Source: a virus
Lineage: Duplodnaviria > Caudoviricetes
IMG/VR virus record: IMGVR_UViG_3300044983_000019
Coordinates: 1 to 40,014 of that record
Strand: one strand, 5' to 3'
Length of the DNA stretch: 40,014 bases
The notes under the pieces: model-generated
What the model was told of the DNA's origin: nothing
The model's input: only the letters and a program-made list of their open reading frames with translations
Database searches by the model: none
Shown here: positions 35,298-40,014 of the stretch, in pieces
Layout of the letters: every line of letters begins with the position of its first letter
Position numbering within the stretch: the stretch's first letter is position 1
Translations under genes and position numbers: made by a program

Positions 35298-35963
35298 CTA
35301 GCGGGAGATATCCATCCACAGATGTCTCCTGGACAAGTAAAGCTCTTCGTCTTGCTTCACGTGTTCCTCACCCTTTAGATAAGTGGCATCCTTCGATGCC
35401 TTTTTAGCTGCCCAGTGGGTGTGCTCGACCACGCAAGATAGAACGGGCTTGAACTTCGCACGTGCTTTAGCAGTCCAGATAAACTCTGTGTCAGTGTAGT
35501 TGTGCGAATAAGCTGGATTGAGAAAGCTCCCTGGGCCTGCATCTACCATCCCACCGATCTTATCTAGATATTCACGCTTGACAAGATAGTGCGTAGCATG
35601 GCTACCTTGGAGCACGTACGGATTAAATAGATCGTTAGTCCCGAAGACCGCAAACCAAGGATCTACATGAGCGAGAAGTCTAAGGTCCCAGCCTTCAGAG
35701 AAGTTGAGATCATCAGATCCACAGAACAGATACTCTGCATCAGAGAGCGCGTATGCCGTGTTGACTGCACCGGCGTAGCTCTTCGGACCCTGATTCAGGA
35801 CATAAGAAAAGCCCTCCCGTTTAATAACGGAAAGGCTAGCATAATCATCAGGTTCTACGATGAAGCATATATGAATATCTGTCTTAGATCTCTCTGCGAT
35901 ATTCGTCCAGACTTTTCGCAGGCGTTCAGCTCGATCATATGTAGGAACTAGTACGTCAATCAT
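35298..35963 (-). CDS. GT-A fold glycosyltransferase (GT2-like)
   Basis: IDVLVPTY.R, YAGAVN, GSDDL (DxD-like), YTDTE, VEH.H; ATG at 35963 by ATGA coupling. Confidence 0.85.
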   Translation of the reverse strand: MIDVLVPTYDRAERLRKVWTNIAERSKTDIHICFIVEPDDYASLSVIKREGFSYVLNQGPKSYAGAVNTAYALSDAEYLFCGSDDLNFSEGWDLRLLAHVDPWFAVFGTNDLFNPYVLQGSHATHYLVKREYLDKIGGMVDAGPGSFLNPAYSHNYTDTEFIWTAKARAKFKPVLSCVVEHTHWAAKKASKDATYLKGEEHVKQDEELYLSRRHLWMDISR

Positions 35964-36151
35964 TCGACAGCCAATTCTGGATGTGCTAACTGGATATGTT
36001 CGCTCAGCATGCCATCTGCTACTCGTTGAAGTGAGGATACGTAAGTCCACTGATGCTCTTCGCAGAAAGAGACCCAGATTTTATCTGTCCGCTGGAACGT
36101 CATCGGCTCCGGCGTGAAGTCAAGCTTCTGCAAGACGGGATGTAGTTCCAT
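35960..36151 (-). CDS. small protein with CxxH...HxxxxH motif
   Basis: CEEH, HIQLAH; coupled to GT2. Confidence 0.6.
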   Translation of the reverse strand: MELHPVLQKLDFTPEPMTFQRTDKIWVSFCEEHQWTYVSSLQRVADGMLSEHIQLAHPELAVE

Positions 36152-36186
36152 GGCTTAGACTCTCTCGGGAGGAAGATTAGGACTAG

Positions 36187-36259
36187 CGCCGACCCAAGGA
36201 CTCGAACCCTGAACTCACGGCTTTGGAGACCGCTGCTCTACCAATTGAGCTAGACCGAC
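36187..36259 (-). tRNA. tRNA-Trp(CCA)
   Basis: Acceptor GTCGGTC/GGTCGGC (3 G-U pairs); D arm GCTC..GAGC; anticodon loop CTCCAAA; T loop TTCGAGT. Confidence 0.9.
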
Positions 36260-36263
36260 TTAA

Positions 36264-36308
36264 GTCGCTGTGCCCTGACTCGAACGGGGAACTCCACATC
36301 ACAGCAAC
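36264..36308 (-). ncRNA. tRNA-like minihelix or tRNA remnant
   Basis: 9-bp stem GTTGCTGTG/CACAGCGAC plus T arm CCCCG-TTCGAGT-CAGGG, with 10 nt in place of the D and anticodon arms. Confidence 0.55.
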
Positions 36309-36310
36309 AG

Positions 36311-36385
36311 TAATCCGAGTAGGATTTGAACCTACGACACGAGGGTTAAGAGCCCCCTGCTCTTTCCAGACTGAGCTATCGGATC
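36311..36385 (-). tRNA. tRNA-Lys(CUU)
   Basis: Acceptor GATCCGA/TCGGATT; anticodon arm GGGGG-CTCTTAA-CCCTC; T loop TTCAAAT. Confidence 0.92.
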
Positions 36386-36393
36386 ATGGTTCT

Positions 36394-36402
36394 ATTGTAC
36401 CA
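36394..36402 (-). promoter_or_regulatory. extended -10 promoter inside the tRNA cluster
   Basis: TGG-TACAAT, 8 nt upstream of tRNA-Lys. Confidence 0.5.
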
Positions 36403-36404
36403 CG

Positions 36405-36476
36405 TAGCGCAGGCCGGAATTGAACCGACTAACGGAAGCTTATGAGACTTCTGTGCGACCGTCGCACCTCCGCGCT
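36405..36476 (-). tRNA. tRNA with CAU anticodon (Met; Ile2 not excluded)
   Basis: Acceptor AGCGCGG/CTGCGCT; anticodon arm GAAGT-CTCATAA-GCTTC; T loop TTCAATT; atypical D arm. Confidence 0.82.
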
Positions 36477-36536
36477 GTAGCACCGTGGATTTCACCTGGC
36501 CAGTGCAGTCCAGGAGATACGGGATCACCCCCTAGG

Positions 36537-36671
36537 TTAAGACTTCTTCTTTTTCGCCTTCTGAGCGTTGCTAATCTTAGCTGCCTTTTCTTTCGGCATG
36601 CCTTGATCTCGAAGAGCCTCGTATACCTTGGGCTTCTTAATCGACTTGCCTGGTTTCTTGTTACCTGGCAC
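36537..36671 (-). CDS. 44-aa Lys-rich basic protein (DUF7218-like)
   Basis: AGGAGGT SD then GTG; MPGNKKPGKSIKKPKVYEALRDQGMPKEKAAKISNAQKAKKKKS; not in ORF track. Confidence 0.75.
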   Translation of the reverse strand: MPGNKKPGKSIKKPKVYEALRDQGMPKEKAAKISNAQKAKKKKS

Positions 36672-36684
36672 AGCCACCTCCTGA

Positions 36685-37569
36685 TTAAGTGTTAGCAATC
36701 CTCGCTGTCCAGCGAGCTATCTGGGGGAGATACGCAATCTCGTTCTGCCTGTTCCCGTAGTAGGTCTGAGCTTCCGTCAGCCAGCTATCCGCCAAGTCTA
36801 CACCAAGAATGGGGCAGAGTCCACCAACCCGCATGTGCCCGAACGCACGGTTAGGCTCAGTCGACGGATAGTTGTTGAGGAGGACATAGACACCTACATG
36901 CCTCGCAAGAGCAGGAGCGAGAACAGTAGCAGCTTCTACGAGAAGGGATAGATGATCACAGTCATTGACGGCTGGATCTATCGAAGAGTAAGGCCAGTTA
37001 TGGACTGTGGGGTTGTACGACTGAACGAAGTACTTACCAAGCTGCATGATGAATGTATCTGCACTAGAGCCATTTGAAGCTGGAATATCTAGGCCAGCCT
37101 GCTGACAATGCTTGAGGAACATTGCAGTAGCGGCAGTCAGGTTGAGAACGTTAGTAGTGTTCTTAACATGAGCGAGATAAGAGATACCCCAACCGAGGGT
37201 AGTGTAGCTTCTAGGAGCGTTCATCAGTAGAACACCAATATCGATTACATCTTGAGCAGTGACTCCAGGAGCACCGTTGAGGTAAGCTTCGAGGAGACAG
37301 GGACCAATATGATCAGCAAGAGTAATCGAGTAGACTAGAGTTCCACCTCTGAAGGAGGTCCAACCTTGGAAGACTCCATTCGAGTAAAGCTTGAGAGCTT
37401 TCAGTTTGGCTAGGTAGTGCTGAGCAAGCTCAGAGTCCCAGCCTTGACGTTGGCCGACAGCGGAGAACATGAATGCGTAGTGAAATGGGAGCTGCTGACC
37501 GCCATCTAGCTCGGCGAACCGATCGATGACGTCATCTGCTAGATTGCCCCATACTGTCGTGTTTGCCAT
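36685..37569 (-). CDS. putative alpha/alpha-toroid (six-hairpin glycosidase-like) protein
   Basis: Helical; motifs NVLNLTAATAMFL, NWPY, DCDHLSL; GAGGGGA SD. Confidence 0.45.
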   Translation of the reverse strand: MANTTVWGNLADDVIDRFAELDGGQQLPFHYAFMFSAVGQRQGWDSELAQHYLAKLKALKLYSNGVFQGWTSFRGGTLVYSITLADHIGPCLLEAYLNGAPGVTAQDVIDIGVLLMNAPRSYTTLGWGISYLAHVKNTTNVLNLTAATAMFLKHCQQAGLDIPASNGSSADTFIMQLGKYFVQSYNPTVHNWPYSSIDPAVNDCDHLSLLVEAATVLAPALARHVGVYVLLNNYPSTEPNRAFGHMRVGGLCPILGVDLADSWLTEAQTYYGNRQNEIAYLPQIARWTARIANT

Positions 37570-37578
37570 GGTCCCCTC

Positions 37579-37749
37579 TTAGGATTGAGCTGGCGGGCGG
37601 TGCTGCCTGCCGGGAGCCTTTGGCGCACGCTTGAGCACCGGAAGAGTGCTGTCCTTGTTTGCGCGAAACTGGCTCCCGGCCACGGTCTTCTCGGGCGTGA
37701 AAGTCTTGTCGAAGGTAACCGCTTCGGTGGTCACCGCGCGCTTGGCCAT
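37579..37749 (-). CDS. 56-aa basic protein (MAKRAVTTEAV...PPAQS)
   Basis: GAGGTGA SD; fills the gap; not in ORF track. Confidence 0.6.
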   Translation of the reverse strand: MAKRAVTTEAVTFDKTFTPEKTVAGSQFRANKDSTLPVLKRAPKAPGRQHRPPAQS

Positions 37750-37752
37750 CTT

Positions 37753-37926
37753 TCACCTCGCCGCTGGGCGATTCTGCTCGGCAATGGTCTTGAGCTGCTG
37801 ACTGATCTCGTAAAGGATCTGGCTCTGATACGCAGCCTGTTGAAGGATCAGCGTCAGGAGGGCTTCCTGTCGCTTCCCACGGACACGGACTTGGCGATCA
37901 ACGATCGGATCAAAGAATGCTGGCAT
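37753..37926 (-). CDS. 57-aa hypothetical protein (MPAFFDPIVDRQ...)
   Basis: First gene of the late operon; TGC-TAAGGT 6 nt upstream of ATG. Confidence 0.55.
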   Translation of the reverse strand: MPAFFDPIVDRQVRVRGKRQEALLTLILQQAAYQSQILYEISQQLKTIAEQNRPAAR

Positions 37927-38222
37927 GGGCCTACCTTAGCACGAAGTTAGAGACCTTGCCTTAAATTACTGCTCAGCTTCTGAGTCTATCCACACCCTGC
38001 CACTACAGGAGGGATGTTAAGGGCTTCTTAGAAAGCCCTGTAGATACACCCCCCCTTACCCCCCCACATATATAGTGGTGGGGATAAATAACATCCCTCT
38101 CCCAGTTTTAGACCTAGGGAACGGCCAGCGTATAGGTATGCGGCCGTCCCTCAGTTCTTAGACCAAGAGAGGACTCATCGCCTCGCAGCACCACCGTAAT
38201 AGAGCCCGTGGTCAGCTCAAAT

Positions 38223-38636
38223 CTATGAATTTCGGAGTTCAATCCACCTCTGAGCCTTCTCAGAAGGGTTCACGACGAAATCTAGGAGCCATGCCTGCAT
38301 CAACGAGTCGAATTTAACCCCTGAGAGGGTTTTTTCGTCGAAAAACGTCGTCAGACCAGCTTCAGTAACCAGATATCCGAAACTTGTCGTGTTTTCAAAG
38401 CTCCAGAGGACCCTGTAAGGGTCATTCTTCAGCTTTTCGTGAAGTCCGTCACCAGAATAGTACCTTCGGGTACCTTCCTGGAGTCCTCCGGACAACGGTG
38501 GTGGGTATTTCTCTCGATCGAATCCTTGCCAGAAGATATTCTCAGGGTCAATGTTCCCCTGGACGACCTGAAGGCCAGACCACTCGTGAGGCTCGAAGAC
38601 GAAATCATCGTCGTTGTCGACGTCAGATTCTCTCAT
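38223..38636 (-). CDS. hypothetical protein
   Basis: GGAAGGG SD with TATAAT just upstream. Confidence 0.65.
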   Translation of the reverse strand: MRESDVDNDDDFVFEPHEWSGLQVVQGNIDPENIFWQGFDREKYPPPLSGGLQEGTRRYYSGDGLHEKLKNDPYRVLWSFENTTSFGYLVTEAGLTTFFDEKTLSGVKFDSLMQAWLLDFVVNPSEKAQRWIELRNS

Positions 38637-38684
38637 TTTACCCTTCCACCTATTATATATGGCAAATTTTCGGTTCTGTGGACA

Positions 38685-38951
38685 TCAAGGGCTCGAAAAG
38701 TGAGGAACTTCACCTTTTTTGACGATAATTTTACCTTTTTTGACCCAAAAGTCCAGATCTACGACCTGATTGGGCTTCCACGACCACTCATCAGAGTTAC
38801 CACCTCCCCCGGCCCAGAGGATGTCCATGAACGCTCGGAACGAGGGGTTCATCTGCCAGGCGTGATGTGGGTCTCTCTGCCTGCTGAAGGGGTCTCTCGT
38901 TCGATCAGCGATTGACTCACGAATCCACCACTGTTCGCATTCGTCACACAT
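38685..38951 (-). CDS. CxxC protein, paralog B (MCDECEQWWIRE...)
   Basis: Aligns by eye with 38944..39177. Confidence 0.65.
   Translation of the reverse strand: MCDECEQWWIRESIADRTRDPFSRQRDPHHAWQMNPSFRAFMDILWAGGGGNSDEWSWKPNQVVDLDFWVKKGKIIVKKGEVPHFSSP
38712..38744. repeat. 12-bp direct repeat ACCTTTTTTGAC x2 (21-bp period)
   Basis: Copies at 38712-38723 and 38733-38744. Confidence 0.8.
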
Positions 38952-39177
38952 CCTTGAATACCACCTGGCCATAGTTGTCCCAATGTGCCCAGTCGACCTC
39001 GGCGTCGGGCTGGTATCGCCACCCAGAGCCACCTACGGGGATTATCAACTCAATCATCCCTCGGTATGACGGATTGCTCAGCCCGCTACCAGGATCAAAC
39101 TCATCTAGTAGATAGGTCTCTGCACCTCTTCCCGCAGCGTACTCACGGATTCTCCACCTATCACATTCCCGGCACAT
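38944..39177 (-). CDS. CxxC protein, paralog A (MCRECDRWRIRE...)
   Basis: Aligns by eye with 38685..38951. Confidence 0.65.
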   Translation of the reverse strand: MCRECDRWRIREYAAGRGAETYLLDEFDPGSGLSNPSYRGMIELIIPVGGSGWRYQPDAEVDWAHWDNYGQVVFKDV

Positions 39178-39442
39178 CAGACACCCACATCGGCTCGATC
39201 TGGCCATCTGATATGAAGTCTCGACAGTTAGGACTCCAGATGTGCTTTTCATGGTGCCTTCCACATCTTGCATCCATGCACTCGTAGTCATCAGCAGTAT
39301 CCCAACGCAGAGTCGTCAGGTATCCAGTCTCGTATAGCATTTCAACTCCTACCAAGTCGTCCATCAATTTACCCATTTGACCATATACATGCAGCATCGA
39401 CTCTTGGACGGAACGATGCGACATGTCGATGTTAGTTGTCAT
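39161..39442 (-). CDS. hypothetical protein (MTTNIDMSH...)
   Basis: GAAGGAG SD before ATG 39442; C-x4-C..H...H motif. Confidence 0.65.
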   Translation of the reverse strand: MTTNIDMSHRSVQESMLHVYGQMGKLMDDLVGVEMLYETGYLTTLRWDTADDYECMDARCGRHHEKHIWSPNCRDFISDGQIEPMWVSDVPGM

Positions 39443-39614
39443 GATGCTCCTTCGGACAGTCAGCGATGTGTTGCTGTGACCAGTCGTTGACCCATTGAGC
39501 GTCAGTGCAGCCCTCGATCCACTCAGTCGAAGGACAGCAGGCCCAACACTGGACGCACGACATGAAGATACCATCGGCATCGGCGTTGAGGATAATACTG
39601 TCTAGATGACTCAC
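39432..39614 (-). CDS. small Cys/His-rich protein
   Basis: CVQC...HIADC; GTGA coupling. Confidence 0.6.
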   Translation of the reverse strand: MSHLDSIILNADADGIFMSCVQCWACCPSTEWIEGCTDAQWVNDWSQQHIADCPKEHHDN

Positions 39615-39889
39615 TTACGTCGCCTCGCAGCTTCTTTCGATGGCGCATATTCCTTTGCCCAGAGCATCCCATCAGATTCGATAAGATAATACTTACCAGT
39701 CTCTTTGAGGATGCCATAAGCAGGTTTATAGCCATTCATTCGGAGGGTGCCCACAGTTTCAAGCTTCTCTAGTTGGGCAATCTTTGCACCGAGTTGCTTG
39801 TACTTCTTCTTAGCATTAGTCTCGACTTTAATCGTATAAGACAATAGGCCGAGGACTGATAGAGAGATAACAATAGCACAGAAGATCAT
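39611..39889 (-). CDS. membrane-anchored hypothetical protein (MIFCAIVISL...)
   Basis: ATG 39889 in ATGA overlap; N-terminal TM. Confidence 0.6.
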   Translation of the reverse strand: MIFCAIVISLSVLGLLSYTIKVETNAKKKYKQLGAKIAQLEKLETVGTLRMNGYKPAYGILKETGKYYLIESDGMLWAKEYAPSKEAARRRK

Positions 39890-39984
39890 AGGATTAGACA
39901 CCCACCCATACAGCACATAAGGATAATGAATAGAACGATTCCGAACGCTAGTGACTCTCCACAGCTCAAATCTCGGTAGTACAT
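39886..39984 (-). CDS. small membrane peptide (MYYRDLSCGESLAFGIVLFIILMCCMGGCLIL)
   Basis: Stop overlaps the next ATG; frame is open to the window edge, so the start is uncertain. Confidence 0.45.
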   Translation of the reverse strand: MYYRDLSCGESLAFGIVLFIILMCCMGGCLIL

Positions 39985-40014
39985 GGTCCGAGCGTAGCAC
40001 GAGGATGGCGATTC

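Noticed and set aside
36311-36385. Possible suppressor tRNA (TTA visible near the anticodon) or stop-codon recoding
   Set aside because: The 7-nt loop is CT-CTT-AA, i.e. Lys(CUU), and all core genes are intact under the standard code.
36477-36536. Further tRNA/tmRNA-like element (GGGGGTGA..., GGTGAAATCC on minus)
   Set aside because: No consistent acceptor stem or T stem could be built; only short hairpins.
37585-37950. Plus-strand 121-aa ORF and minus-strand 37532-37756 ORF
   Set aside because: Two short minus-strand ORFs (37753-37926, 37579-37749) tile the region better and fit the operon direction.
38103-38164. GTTTTAGA-like near-repeats resembling a type II CRISPR mini-array
   Set aside because: Only about 12 nt of imperfect similarity in two copies, far shorter than a CRISPR repeat.
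1-40014. Integrase, repressor/stoperator array, or host flanks indicating a prophage
   Set aside because: No recombinase motifs, no recurring 13-mer noticed by eye and no bacterial housekeeping genes; lifestyle cannot be determined from this window.

Overview
A roughly 50% GC segment covering most of a tailed (siphovirus-type) actinobacteriophage genome. A non-mycolic actinomycete host such as Streptomyces is inferred from a GH25 lysin and no recognisable lysin B. A divergent, hairpin-rich control region (~560-1150) drives a short leftward set of small genes and a long rightward arm (1149-15931). That arm carries tRNA-Arg(UCU), a beta-clamp-like protein, Cas4/RecB-like exonuclease, DnaB-like helicase, endonuclease VII, MazG, a split primase, a DnaQ-like exonuclease, a sigma-like protein, a DUF5664 diphosphohydrolase, a HAD phosphatase, ThyX and a multi-gene endolysin. 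It converges at a terminator (~15980-16015) with a leftward late arm. In transcription order the late arm holds small genes, three tRNAs, GT2, a GDP-mannose 3,5-epimerase-like enzyme, TerS, TerL, portal, scaffold, capsid, a GT4-like enzyme, connectors, tail tube, frameshifted chaperones, tape measure, minor tail proteins, holin and fibres. I recognised no DNA polymerase, integrase or repressor in the window. The most notable points are: (1) a large terminase whose nuclease domain appears to lack two of its conserved catalytic aspartates; (2) a probable virion-glycosylation system with its own sugar epimerase and Ser-terminated capsid, tail tube and portal proteins; (3) Cys-rich metallothionein-like and AT-hook microproteins missing from the ORF track; (4) a tRNA minihelix; (5) a split, dispersed lysis system. 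All family assignments come from motif recognition by eye, with no database searches.
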